The notes under the pieces were generated by a model. The model was not told the origin of the DNA, made no database searches, and saw nothing but the letters and a program-made list of their open reading frames with translations. This document shows positions 1-13,625 of a DNA stretch of 64,000 nucleotides, piece after piece. The stretch comes from Octopus vulgaris (taxonomy: Eukaryota). How positions within the stretch are numbered: position 1 is the first letter of the stretch; the number at the start of each line of letters is the position of its first letter. The translations under genes were made by a program, and so were the position numbers. Location: NCBI GenBank assembly GCA_951406725.2, contig OX597833.1, positions 42,594,001 to 42,658,000 on the forward strand, in the 5' to 3' direction.

Positions 1-512
1 CGTTCATGAATAAAAAAAAACACGCCTGAAACAGGTGTAGTGAACCTCAGCCCATCTGTGTTATTATTTATACTTCACCACACTCGGAACCTTCCCTGCG
101 TTGGATCTTGAGCCTAAAGTGGACCGTGGAATACGTGCCGGAGTATACTCCTGTGTGACTTTAGGTAGAGGTTGTGTATTTGGTCAATAATCGTAACTGG
201 AAGGACAAATCCGTATTTACTTTAGTAAGTACGTGAGCGTCCGTATACACTGTTAGGCACAGTTGCACTTTCCCCAACTCTACCCTGATGTTTTGATTCC
301 ATCGGATACTAAAAATTATGTTTTTAAATAGGCGTAGGTGTGTGGTAAGAAGCTTACTTCCCAACCACATGGTTCCGGGTTCAGTCCAACTGCGTGGCAC
401 CTTGGGCAAGTGTCTTCTACTATAGCTTCGGGTCGACCAGAACCTTGTGAGTGAATTTGGTAGAAGGAAACTGAAAGAAGCCCGTCGTATAATATATATA
501 TGTGTGTATATA

Positions 513-554
<42 letters not shown>

Positions 555-566
555 TAGACACATATA

Positions 567-1408
567 TAGGGTATAGTGAATAAACTGTCGTCTAAATTAT
601 ACAAAAATGAAAATAGCACTGAACTCTCATTTTAACAGATATATTTGCTAAAATTACATAAAAATATCTTGAAATATTAAAGTGTAAATTTATTCAATAA
701 AATCGCCATTGGCTTCAACCAGACGACTTCGGAATCTGCTACAACTCTTCTAGACGGTCTTGTTGTTTAAGTTGGTGAATGCAGCCATAATCCTTGGTCT
801 CTCGCTCAACTGCGCCCCATACATAATAATCAAGGGGCTTGCAGTCTGGGGAGTTAGGTAGCCAGATGTTAGGGGTGATGTGGTCGTAGAAATTGTCTGA
901 CTGCCATGACTGGGTTCTCCTGCTTGTGTGGCATGGTGCAGAGTTCTGTTGCCAGACATAGAGGCTTCCAGCAGCCACCTTCTTGACCCAGGGTAAAACT
1001 GCTTCCTCCAAACACTTGATGTAGGCCTCTGAGTTGAGTCTGAGGCTGCGTGGGAAAATAAATGGAGGCATAACGTCGCCATTACTAGTGATCACTCCAA
1101 ACACTATGATGCTGATTGGATGTTTGATTTTTCTCACTTTCGGTACATGTTTTGGGGACACGGTAAGCCAATAGTTGCTCTATATGTTCACCATCTGTTC
1201 GTATTGGAGCTTCCGGCGCGAATGCCAAGCAATACAACATGTCATTTCCAAATTTCTGGCAGAATGAATTGCGTCATGGCGCTGTTTTTCTCACAGATGG
1301 TACCCAATTGACCCTACTATACTGTGTAGTCGACAAAATCAAAAGCAAGCAATGTACATGTGTGAAATTAAAAATATGAAATGGAGATAATTTACTCATC
1401 GCACCCTA
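567..1408 (-). mobile_element. Tc1/mariner-superfamily relic (DD37D/maT-like), internally deleted
   Basis: Transposase motifs WQQ(D>N)SAPCH and NSPDCKPLDYYVWG; degenerate TIRs starting TAGGGT at both ends, TA flanks. Confidence 0.8.
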
Positions 1409-2057
1409 TATATATACATGAAGTTCCGGAAATACTGAACTGCGAACTGGTTTCAAATATTTTGAAAGTCTGATTCTTTTGTACTAGCTTTTTCGAGCAA
1501 CCTTGACCACTGACTCCACCAGGAGCAATGCTATCTCTAAATTGCTTTGTACAAAATACAAGTAGGAAGAAAAAAAACATAAAAAAGGAAAAACAAAAGG
1601 GAAGATAGAAATAAAAAGTTAAAACAGAATTTCTGTGGGACTTTTCTTTTACTAAATATGAGTGTCAAACAAGTATTGTAATAAAGCAAGTGGACGTGTG
1701 GGAAGCTTTTTCACATGATCAAATTTTCTCGTCTTTAATTGGACGTTTAAACGTAGTTTTTCATCCAGTCTTAGTCACACCCTAGATTGATTTCTTTGAG
1801 TGTGTTTCTCCCTACCTCCGACATACTCACCTTACCGTCTGCTCTCCTATCTCCCCTCCTTTCTCTCTCACTCTCTCTCTCTTCTTTTTCGCTCTCTCTC
1901 TTTCTGTGGTAAGAAGTTTGCTTGCCAACCACATGGTTCGATGTTCAATTCCCAATGCGTAGCAACTTGGACATGTGACTTCTACTCTAGCCTGGGGCCT
2001 ATCAAAAGCTTGTGACTGAATTTAGAAGGCGGAAAGAATTCCTGAAAGAATATCCGT

Positions 2058-2090
<33 letters not shown>

Positions 2091-2311
2091 TCTCTTGTAC
2101 TCTTACTCTTTTACTTGTTTCAGTCATTTGACTGCAGCCTTTAGTCGAACAACTCGACCCCGGGACTTATTCTTTGTAAGCCCAGTACTTATTCTATCGG
2201 TCTCTTTTGCCGAACCGCTAACTAACGGGGACATAAACACACCAGCATCGGTTGTCAAGCAATGCTAGGGGGACAAACACAGATACACAAACACACACAT
2301 ATATATATATA

Positions 2312-2701
2312 CTAGCAGTATCGCCCGGCGTTGCTCGGGTTTGTGGAAATAACTATATAAGCATTTTAGAGAGTTACTTCCCTTATAGATGCCAATTCGG
2401 GCTTTCTTAGCCATTTCTGTTTTGGTGTCTTCAAGCCATGAAGTCGTTGTTCTAAAAGAACGCTGGTCTCCTTGACAACGCATTACGACGTTGATTTCTT
2501 TACACTCCCTTCCCCACAGCTTCACGAGGGAGGGAAGAAGGGGGAGAAGCAAACAGGTGCTAATAGCCAGACGGGCTCGATATGAATCACGACTATAAGA
2601 TACTCGAATTTGGTTAAACTGCACCGCAAAATGTGGGAGGAGTTAGGAATCTAAATCGAAGGGGACAGACACTCACACAACTAGAGTTTTATATATATAG
2701 A
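2312..2701 (-). mobile_element. Helitron-like element (same family), nested in the microsatellite of a SINE
   Basis: Inverted, internally deleted copy of 3841-4355 with the same termini. Confidence 0.8.
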
Positions 2702-3075
2702 TATATACATATATACGACGGGCTTCTTTCAGTTTCCCTCTACCAAATCCACTCACATGGCTTTGGTCGGCCCGAAGCTATAGTAGAAGATACTTGCCCA
2801 AGGTGCCATGCAGTGGGACTGAACCCGGAACCATGTGGTTGGTAAGCAAGCTACTTACCACATATATAAATTAGAGAAAAAACCCACTATTATGCAATTC
2901 AAACAATGATAGACATAAACCAAATCATAAATAAAAAATAAAAATTATTTTTATAAAACATATAACTAGATCACTATATATTTTATTTTTGATCTATGTT
3001 TTGGTTTATGTCTATCATTGTTTGAATTGCATAATAGTGTTCTTTTTTTAATCTAATTTATATTTTATATATTAT

Positions 3076-3470
3076 TGGAAAGCGGAACATTTTCCTATCG
3101 AAGTCGGATGTAGAGGGTTTGTAGGACACAGCGTGAGACGACTGTTGTTATCGTTAGGCCTAACTCATCGTAAAGTCAATACCACCATGACTGATATCCA
3201 ATCTACAGTGGAGAAGGCTAGCCACTGGATTTGGTTAAAAAGAGACGATGAGCGATGGCTAGAAGTATATTGAGTTCATCATAACCAGCTGATCTAGCAA
3301 GCGGGGCCTCATATCAGTGAGGGGGGCCGGTGCGCATTGATGCCGTCGAGAGGTAGGCCCCGAAACGGCGCGCATTCTCTCCTGATGACCCCATACACTT
3401 GCTAGCTTCCGATATACGGAGCTTTTAACTGGTAGCACTTGCATGTGCAAGTTGTTTGCAAGATATTATT
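3076..3470 (+). mobile_element. 3' end of an RLE non-LTR retrotransposon (HERO-like)
   Basis: Frame 3076-3273 reads WKAEHFPIEVGCRGFVGHSVRRLLLSLG...EKASHWIWLKR-stop, followed by a GC-rich 3' UTR. Confidence 0.75.
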
Positions 3471-3538
<68 letters not shown>

Positions 3539-3840
3539 ACGTGGCCGACCAGACAATCAGATGTTGCTACACATCGCTGGTCACAATGCGATCGCATTGT
3601 TTTAGCCTTCGAACGACGCCACTCCGCTGGCTAAGCTAGCAGGTCAACAGAAGAAAGGGAGAAAGAGTGGCGAAAGAGTACAGCAGGGATCACGACCTCC
3701 TGCCGGAGCCTCGTGGAGCTTTTAGGTGTTTTCGCTCAATAAACACACACAACGCCCGGTCTGGGAATCGAAACCGCGATCCTCCGACCGCGAGTCCGCT
3801 GCCCTAACCATTGGGCCATTTATATATATATATATATATA

Positions 3841-4355
3841 TCTATATATATATAAAACTGTAGTTGTGTGAGTGTCTGTCCCCTTCGATTTAGATTCCTA
3901 ACTACTCCCAAATTTTGCGGTGCAGTTTAACCAAATTCGGGTATCTTATAGTCGTGATTCATATCGAGCCCGTCTGAGTATTAGCGCGCGGCTACGATGA
4001 GTCTACGATTTTAAAAATAATTTAACATCATTTTTTATTCCATTTTAATGCATAATTTTTCGTGTGTCGATGGCGGCGGAGTTGGCGTCCATGGTCACAC
4101 CGGCACCTGTTTGCTTCTCCCCCTTCTTCCCTCCCTCGTGAAGCTGTGGGGAAGGGAGTGTAAGGAAATTAACGTTGTAAAGCGTTGTCAAGGAGACCAG
4201 CGTTCTTTTAGAACAACGACTTCATGGCTTGAAGACACCAAAACAGAAATGGCTAAGAAAGCCCGAATTGGCATCTATAAGGGAAGTAACTCTCTAAAAA
4301 TGCTTATATAGTTATTTCCCTTACAAACCCGAGCAACGCCGGGTGATACTGCTAG
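3841..4355 (+). mobile_element. Non-autonomous Helitron-like element
   Basis: A|TC 5' end, 3' hairpin CCCG-agcaacgc-CGGG, CTAG|T 3' end. Confidence 0.8.
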
Positions 4356-4899
4356 TATATATATAAATAACTTATAAAATAAGGGCAAAAGTTATAAGTT
4401 ATTTATAAATTTAACCTTTAAAGGTATTTTTTGATATGCTAGCCATTGATAAAATTTTTTTTTCGAAAAAATTTTTATCCTACATTAGTTATATATATTA
4501 ATTAATGAATTATTAGTGACAGAAGTAGCATTAATACCAAAAGGTAACCATTACATCCAATCATCCAATTATAACATGGATGCCATGTTAGAACACCGAG
4601 TACTGCGTTATTAGTCTTTGTTGATCTCCTTATATAAACACTTAGTGCACAAAGCACGCGCATAGATCGAAGCAGTCGAAATTCGTCCGTCATGGGTGTC
4701 GCAATTCCCATATCACGTCATTTTGGTCTACTGGACCTCATCAGTGAGAGGCACTGATAAGTACCAGGCTATGAAATATAAGCACTGAAGTTGATTCGTT
4801 CAACTAAGCATTTCTAGGCGTTGCTCCAGCATTGCCGGAGTCCAATGCCCGAAAAAAAAAGTTAAAAGATACACACACACACATGCACACACATATACA

Positions 4900-5015
<116 letters not shown>

Positions 5016-5624
5016 ACATACGTACGTGGAGAATGGCGACGTACAGTAAAAGAGGGAATACAAAAGAGTGACAGAGAGAGAGAGGAGAAATGGAAAGAAA
5101 GGAAGAGACGTAAACAAGAGACTATGGCACTACAACCAGCCAGGAACAGTCTTCGCTACATTTGCGGTACCTGCCAGAGGGAGTGTTTGTCCAGGATAGG
5201 ACTACACAGCCACAGCAGGAAATGTATCAGGACATGAAATATAAAAGCCAGACTAGACTACAAAAAACAAAAAAACAAAAAACAAAAACAAAAAAAAAAA
5301 ACAAAAAAAACATGGCAAACTCCATTGTCTCCCGAGACAGAAAGGATGCCAATACAAGACAATACGTACGTGTGTATATTACTTTCTCTTTTACTCTTTT
5401 ACTTGTTTCAGTCATCTGACTGCGGCCATGCTGGAGCACCGCCTTTAGTCGAGCAAATCGGCCCCAGGACTTATTCTTTGTTAGCCTAGTAATTATTCTA
5501 TCGGTCTCTTTTTGCCGAACCGCTAAGTTACGGGGACATAAACACACCAGCATTGGTTGTCAAGTGATGTTGGGGGGACAAACACAGACACACAAATACA
5601 GACACACAAACACAGAAACACACA

Positions 5625-5674
<50 letters not shown>

Positions 5675-6151
5675 CATATATACGACGTAAACACACCAGC
5701 ATCGGTTGTCAAGCAATGCTAGGGGGACAAACACAGACACACAAACATACACACACATATATACATATACATATATACGACGGGCTTCTTTCAGTTTCCG
5801 TCTACCAAATCCACTCACAAGGCTTTGGTCGGTGCGTGGCTATAGTAGAAGACACTCGCCCAAGGTTCCACGCAGTGGGACTGAACCCAGAACCATGTGG
5901 TTGGTAAGCAAGCTACTTACCACACAGCTACCCCAGAGGCTATATGTATTTATATATACACACACATATTTATGTACAAATGTATATATATATATAGGAA
6001 AAAAGCAACAAGAATGGATTAAAATCTCGGTACGATCGTTTCGTACGAGGACATCTTTAATAAGCTACAAAAAATGCAGTGAATACAGATGGCTCGTACT
6101 CGTCAGCCGAAAAAATATCAGAGAATTCCCAAACATCTCAATTACTTAACC

Positions 6152-6235
<84 letters not shown>

Positions 6236-6547
6236 CATTTCATCAGATGAATACACGTTCGTCCTTTAATTGGAATATTTTCCTTAGCTTTCTAACGTCT
6301 TTTCTTCATATTTTCTTTCGAATTATAATAAAATGCATTGTTCTTGTTGAAGATTAATAAATTACTGAGTAGCACAAGTTTGACTATTACGATGTTCTAT
6401 TTAAGAACATCTGTGTCTATTTGTATGAAACAGCTGTATAGGAATATGAAATATAAACTATAATCCATTTTAACATCCAATCGCCTTCATTTTATAAATC
6501 TGAATGAATTGGTTGAAATTTGTTTAATAAGTTAAGTTACATACTGA

Positions 6548-6585
<38 letters not shown>

Positions 6586-6775
6586 ATTTACAAAAAAAAA
6601 AAGAGATGAAGATGGGTTTGTAAACAACTAACAGATGTATTGGCTTAACGCTTGGGAAGTGAGAAAGTCTTTTACGTTTCGAGCCTACGCTCTTCGACAG
6701 AAAGGAACACAGAAATAAACAGGGAGAGAAAATAGAAAAAGGTTTAGTAGCTAGCGATCTATCATGGCGAAATGT

Positions 6776-6812
<37 letters not shown>

Positions 6813-6864
6813 ATTAACTTAATAGCACCATCTTGAAAAGACATTTAATGATATTCGTATTACA

Positions 6865-7525
6865 GTCATTCTTTGGCCACCATAACCCATTCGTGAAAAG
6901 TGTTATTGTTTGCAGAAATATATACAGGTGTAGGTGGTTTATCTAGAATTTCTTGGAGATGTTTATCCAGGAACTGTTGGAATGTTATATCTTTGTCTTT
7001 TCTTATGCGTCTTGGCATGATGCTAAAGAGAGCAGCAGGACCAATGAAGTGAAATAGTTCTTAGTGTTATGATGTGATGCGAGTCTGATTTTTGCAGAAG
7101 ACGGAGTGAACGGGAAGCGAGCCTTGGGTGTATTTTAAAGTTGATACCAATATCATTTGGGCAATGCTTTTGGAATATTTTCCACATCATACAAATGATA
7201 TAGCGTTGGATGGGCTGCGTAAGGTTTGAGGTTTTCGAGTTGATCCCAATAAGATCTAGCGTGTCGTTTATTCTCTGTGGTTGATCACTGGGGTGCTACG
7301 ATTTTTATGATGTTTTGTTTCGTGTAAGGAGACCACAGCGGACAACCGTATTTAAGGTGAGGACGGGCGAAGTTGGAGACGAGCAGTATAGTAGTAGGAG
7401 CATCTCTAGACCTGAAAGTCTTGAGAATCCTGGATAATAACCCAGTGAACCATGTCAACTTTGTTGTTTATGTGGGTACACCAGATTAAGTTGTTGTCGA
7501 CATTTATTCCGAGACTCCTAGCGGA
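6865..7525 (-). mobile_element. L2/CR1-like LINE RT C-terminal relic
   Basis: LG.NVDNNL.W..HIN and RP...YG.P.WSP motifs, disrupted. Confidence 0.6.
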
Positions 7526-8478
7526 GTGTGTGTGAGTGGGAGAGAAAATGTGTGTATGTGTGTGTGTATGTGTGTGTGTGTATGTGTGTGTGTGTTTTTT
7601 TGTTTGTGTGTGAATTTATACGTGTATGTGTAAAACTTGACAAAACTTTTAAGTCACTGCCAGCACTGTTCTTGTTTTAGGTTAATAACCATGTACTCTA
7701 CGAAAATATAAAATATAATATAAAATTTCTTTTATTATAATTCGACATAAAAAAACCAAGATTTATATATGTATATAGATAAGTATGGAATGGCTGTGTG
7801 GTAAGTAGCTTGCCTACCAACCACATGGTTCCGGGTTCAGTCCCACTGCGTGGCATCTTGGGCAAGTGTCTTCTGCTATACCCCCGGGCCGACCAATGAC
7901 CTTGTGAGTGGATTTGGTAGACGGAAACTGAAAGAAGCCTGTCGTATATATGTATATATATATATGTGTGTGTGTGTATGTGTTTGTATGTCTGTGTTTG
8001 TCCCCTCTAAGCATTGCTTGACAACCGATGCTGGTGTGTTTTCGTCCCCGTCACTTAGCGGTTCGGCAAAAGAGACCGATAGAATAAGTACTGGGCTTAC
8101 AAAGAATAAGTCCCGGGGTCGATTTGCTCGACTAAAGGCGGTGCTCGAGCATGGCCACAGTCAAATGACTGAAACAAGTAAAAGAGTAAAAGAGAATATA
8201 TATATATGTGTGTGTGTGTGTGTGAGTGTGTTTATGCATGTGTGTGTATGTGTACGCATGTGTGCGTGTGACCATTTGTGTAATGTATGCGTGTGTGTTT
8301 GTGTATGTGTGTATGAGCGTGTGTGAACAATCGTTTAATTATAACAATCTCATGTTGATGGTCGTTATACAAACTCTCACGGAAGAAACAAAGAAGGGCG
8401 ACAGCAGCAGCAGCAGCCGTTGCAAGGACAGGAATCCAAGCACCACAATAAGAGTAGGAACAACAACAACAACAACAA

Positions 8479-8515
<37 letters not shown>

Positions 8516-8700
8516 AACAACAACACCGACTACATCAAAAATAACCAAGGTGAGAAGAATTCCCAGGTTTAGCTAGGTGAATGCAAAACACTCGTCTGGT
8601 AGGTTGGTATTTGGAACAAGCCACCAGAAGGTAAGTATCTCTACTGATTTGCTCTGTTTAGAACTGTTGGATTCAGTAACGTAAGAGAGAAAAGGAGAGA

Positions 8701-8774
<74 letters not shown>

Positions 8775-8876
8775 ATATGTCTTCCCTAAGTATTCCAACT
8801 GGAAAGTAAAATGTGCAGAGAATAGCTTTTGAAAGCTTGTCGATGGTTAAGACTTCGTTGGAATCTTCACGATAAA

Positions 8877-8962
<86 letters not shown>

Positions 8963-9181
8963 GTATATGTATATATGTATAGACGCCATGATAGATCGTT
9001 AGCCACTACACACATTTTTTTGCTCTCCTTGTTTCTCTCCTTGTTTTCTGTGTCCCTTTCTGTAGAAGAGCGTAGGCTCGAAAGGTAAAAGACCTTTTCT
9101 ATTCCTGAGCGTTATACTAATACATCTGTTTGTTTTGTACACCACATGTCTCCGTCTTTTGTTGTTTTTTTCGTAAACTCT

Positions 9182-9221
<40 letters not shown>

Positions 9222-9240
9222 TAAAAATAGGGAACGCCGG

Positions 9241-9437
9241 TTTATGGAATTACTTTAGGTTTCCTGTCCATAAAGGGTTTAGTTTTATAGCGTATCATTA
9301 GACCCCAAAAACCTGTTGGCCCATCTAGGCTTATGGGATTAACTTAGATTTCCCGTCAATAGGAGTTTTTGGGATCTGATGTCGCACCATAAAGCTAAAC
9401 CTTCTGTGGACGGGAAACTTAAGGTAATCCCATAAAT
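9241..9437. mobile_element. Foldback/MITE-like inverted repeat
   Basis: About 70-bp imperfect inverted arms TTTATGG.ATTAC.TTA.GTTTCC.GTCCA. Confidence 0.55.
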
Positions 9438-9603
9438 TATTTGCAGCCAAGCCGGGGAACCGCCTTGAAGGACTTTACTTGCCCAAACTGACCACAGCAT
9501 TTCTTTTATTTTATTTGTTGTTGTTTTGTTTTTGAAGTCTGGTACTTATTCTATCTGGCGGAACGAAAAACACTGACACAAAGATATATATATATATATA
9601 TAT

Positions 9604-9641
<38 letters not shown>

Positions 9642-10281
9642 TTTTAAAGGGCCCCCTCACAGTTTTCGTCTACTAAATTTATTCACAAGACATTTGTCGG
9701 CACGGGTCTATAGCAAAAGGTATTTGCCCAAGGCGATATATATATATAAGCAAGGTAGCCATTTCTAAAATCTCTCTCTTCCTTTCTATGCGCACACACA
9801 CATACACACACGCACGTACACATGTGTGTATGTGTGTAAATATATTTTTAAAACTGCAATTATGTAATTTCCATGATTTAATTAAAACTCGATTATAATG
9901 CACACCTTTACTCTTATGTATCTTCTTTTTGATTTTTGATTATAAAGGGTACGATTTCGCATTATATTGAAGGTGACGTTTTGCTTGAATATTATCAGTA
10001 ATTTCTAAAATCAGAGACTTTTCATAATTGTCGTTGAAAATAAATCTATACTTTCTATTTTGTCATTTGATACTATACTATAAGATGTGTGTATAATTTG
10101 TAGTTACGTTGGATACAGTAATTATATTTATTATAATTATAGGTCGTTAAATGCTAAATAGAGAATTCATTAGAAAGATTTGCTTCGACAGGAATTCTCC
10201 ACAATATCCATCAGATGAATGTTCTTCAAGCAAGAAACTTAAGATCATAGAATGATAGTAATTCTTCTCTCTCTCTCTCTC

Positions 10282-10331
<50 letters not shown>

Positions 10332-10461
10332 ACCTCGGTTTTCAAACAACTCTGATCCCGAAAAGATCGTTCTTTATCTCCTGTCTTTCTCATATTCATT
10401 TAATAGAGTAGTACCTCAGTTTACGAACGCCTCTGATCACGAGTAAATCGTGCTTTATATG

Positions 10462-10536
<75 letters not shown>

Positions 10537-10601
10537 GTCTGTCTGTCTGTCTGTCTGCCTGTCTCTCTCTCTCTCTCACTCATCTTGTTTTTTATTTTTT
10601 T

Positions 10602-10672
<71 letters not shown>

Positions 10673-12232
10673 GTGTGTGTGGGGGTATGCATGGGCGATT
10701 GCTGGTCTTCCATAAACATAAACAACCTTGCCCGGATTTGTGCCTGGGAGGGTCGCTTTCTAGGTGCAATCCCACGGTCAGTCATGACCGAAAGGGGTCT
10801 CAGCAATACTAGTCACTGCTTATTTTATGAGATGTGGTCGAGAGACATAAGTCTCTCTCAAACTGGTGGTGGTTGGAGTGCTAATTAAGGACAGAATTTG
10901 TTAATTATTTCCATCAAATGCAGAGCAGGTGCTTGGATAGCGGATACGTTATGCTATCGGTTAAAATATCTTATGGCATATGGTTTTACTTTACAGTTCA
11001 AATCTCGCTGTGGCTCAATGTAGGCTAAACAATATGTGTGTTAAAATAAGTAGTTGATTTGAGTGCTATCTAAAAGTAGTGCTGCAGTATGGCCGTAAAC
11101 TAGTTTGAGAATAAATGAACAGAGATAGTTATGGATCTAAATAGAAAAAAAAAAAAAAAAAAAAACTCAAGGGGACTGTTGCATGTCTCTAGTATCTGAA
11201 GAGTTAATCTGAATTAGAGATAATTTTTTAATTATTATTTCTGCTTGAAAAGGACGCGTAGGACAAAATACTTGGCGGCATTTTGTCCGTTTTTATGTTC
11301 TGAGTACAAATTCCACCTAGATCGACTTTGCTTTCATCCTTTCGGGGTCGATGAAATAAGTACCACTGGATGTAATCTCGACTACCCCTATTCCATCATA
11401 ATTTCAGGTGTTGTGTCTATGGCAGAAAGGAATCATTTCTAGTTGAATAGGCCGCCGGACAAAATTCTTAGCACCATTTTTTACCAGCTTTACGTTCTGA
11501 GTTCAGCTACCACCGAGGTCAACTTTACCTTTCATCCTTTCGGGGTCGATGAAATATACACTAGTTGAGCACTGGCGTGAATGTAATCCATTAACCCCCC
11601 CCCCACCTCACAAAATTTCAGGTTAGTGCCTATAATAGAAAAGATTACATTTGTTTACTAATTAGATAGTGAGGCAAATCGGACTCCCACTGTCACTCTC
11701 TCTCTTCTCACTCCCTCTCTTCCTTTCTCTTCTCCCGCTTTCTCACATTTGTAGTGATCTGTTGCATAACGAAAAGCATAGAAATTTATAAATGCCATCT
11801 TGGCTTATAATGACTTGGCCCAGTCGCTAGAATGTCGAATATATATTGTCTTTCCGCTCTCTGTACTCAGTTCAAATACCGCCAAGGTCAATCTATAGCT
11901 TTTCATCCTTTCGGGGTCGATAAAGAGTTACAAGTCCTGTACTGGAATCGTTTTCTTCCTTTCTTTCTCTCTTTCTCTCTTTCGTTCTCTCGTTCTTTCT
12001 AAAGGCAACTTACCTTTAGGCAAGATAATCAATATGAGTGGAATCTACAGGGGTGGTAGAGTTTGTTAAAGGGACACGAATCTATAACATATGACAAACT
12101 TAATTACACATATTGTCTTGGGTTCAGTCCCATTGCGCAGCACCTTGGGTAAGTGTTTTCTAATATAACCGCCCCGGGCCCACCAAAGCCTTCTGAGTGT
12201 AGTTTGTAGACAAAAGGTGAAAGAGACCCGTC

Positions 12233-12281
<49 letters not shown>

Positions 12282-12504
12282 CATATATGGGTTAAATGCA
12301 GTACTGATGAAAGGGCAATAAACTTTGAAATATGCATTTACACCTATTACCTATTAACTGCGGTGCACCAGCATGGCCGCAGCCCTGAGCTGAAGCTAGA
12401 GAGAGAAATATATATGTACAAACACACATACAGACATATACACGCATACGCATATATATACATATATATATATGTGCGTATATATATATATATATATATA
12501 TACG

Positions 12505-12582
<78 letters not shown>

Positions 12583-13167
12583 TACTGGGACCGATTTGTC
12601 CGACTAAACTCTTCAAGTCGGTACCACAGCATGGCCGCAGTCCAATGACTGAAACAGGTAAAAAAAAAAAAAAAGAAGATGTAATTAAAGAGGGCAGAAT
12701 TCATAACAAGTGCGCGCACGCGTGTCTGTGAAGGTCATAATGGGATGGACTATGCAGGATGGCGAAAAGTTTTGCTGGGTGATGTAATTTTTAAGGGTTG
12801 GTGAAATTTTTAAAAACAGATGGCAGATTTTTTATACAGGGAGTGGAGGAATTGCAGGGGCTACGGTAGGATGACCTAATTTCCCAGGTTGTGGGTGTCG
12901 AACTGACGAAGGGCGGTGTTATTTGTAAGGGATGACGTATTAAATTTATATCTCGATCATGATTTTTCCCAGAGAACAATTGAATGAAATGGCTACAAAC
13001 GAGAATCAAAAGTCAGTAACTAGTTTATGTTGCTGTTTCACGTTGCCATTATATATTACCTGTTTCTTGCGTTATCAAGGTCATAAACAAAGCTACAGAA
13101 ACACATATACATACATATGTATATATGTATGTAATGTATGTATATAGCCATGTGTGTGTGTGTGTGA

Positions 13168-13168
13168 A

Positions 13169-13244
<76 letters not shown>

Positions 13245-13393
13245 AATCTATCTATTTTTTTCTTCCTTCCCTTTTACGATCCCTTTTGATCGAAAACCTA
13301 GCCCAGCTTTTTTTTTCTCTCCCCCAAAAAGGAAAGCTCTACTTTATAATCTGTCCCGTCTGTGTGCAGCCCTGTGTGGCTAATAAAGAAACA

Positions 13394-13484
<91 letters not shown>

Positions 13485-13625
13485 TTCTTCCTTCCCTTTT
13501 ACGATCCCTTTTGATCGAAAACCTAGCCCACCTTTTTTTTTCTCTCCCCCCAAAAGAAAAGCTCTACTTTGTAATCTGTCCTGTCTGTGTGCAGCCCCGT
13601 GTGGCTAATAAAGAAACATATCTAT
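13168..13625. repeat. Tandem duplication of a (TATC)n + ~140-bp unit
   Basis: Two similar units of ~226 bp. Confidence 0.85.

Noticed and set aside
4718-4750. Hammerhead on the minus strand (CTGATGA GGTC cagta GACC)
   Set aside because: The essential GAAA reads AAAA and stems I and III are not convincing; at best a dead relic.
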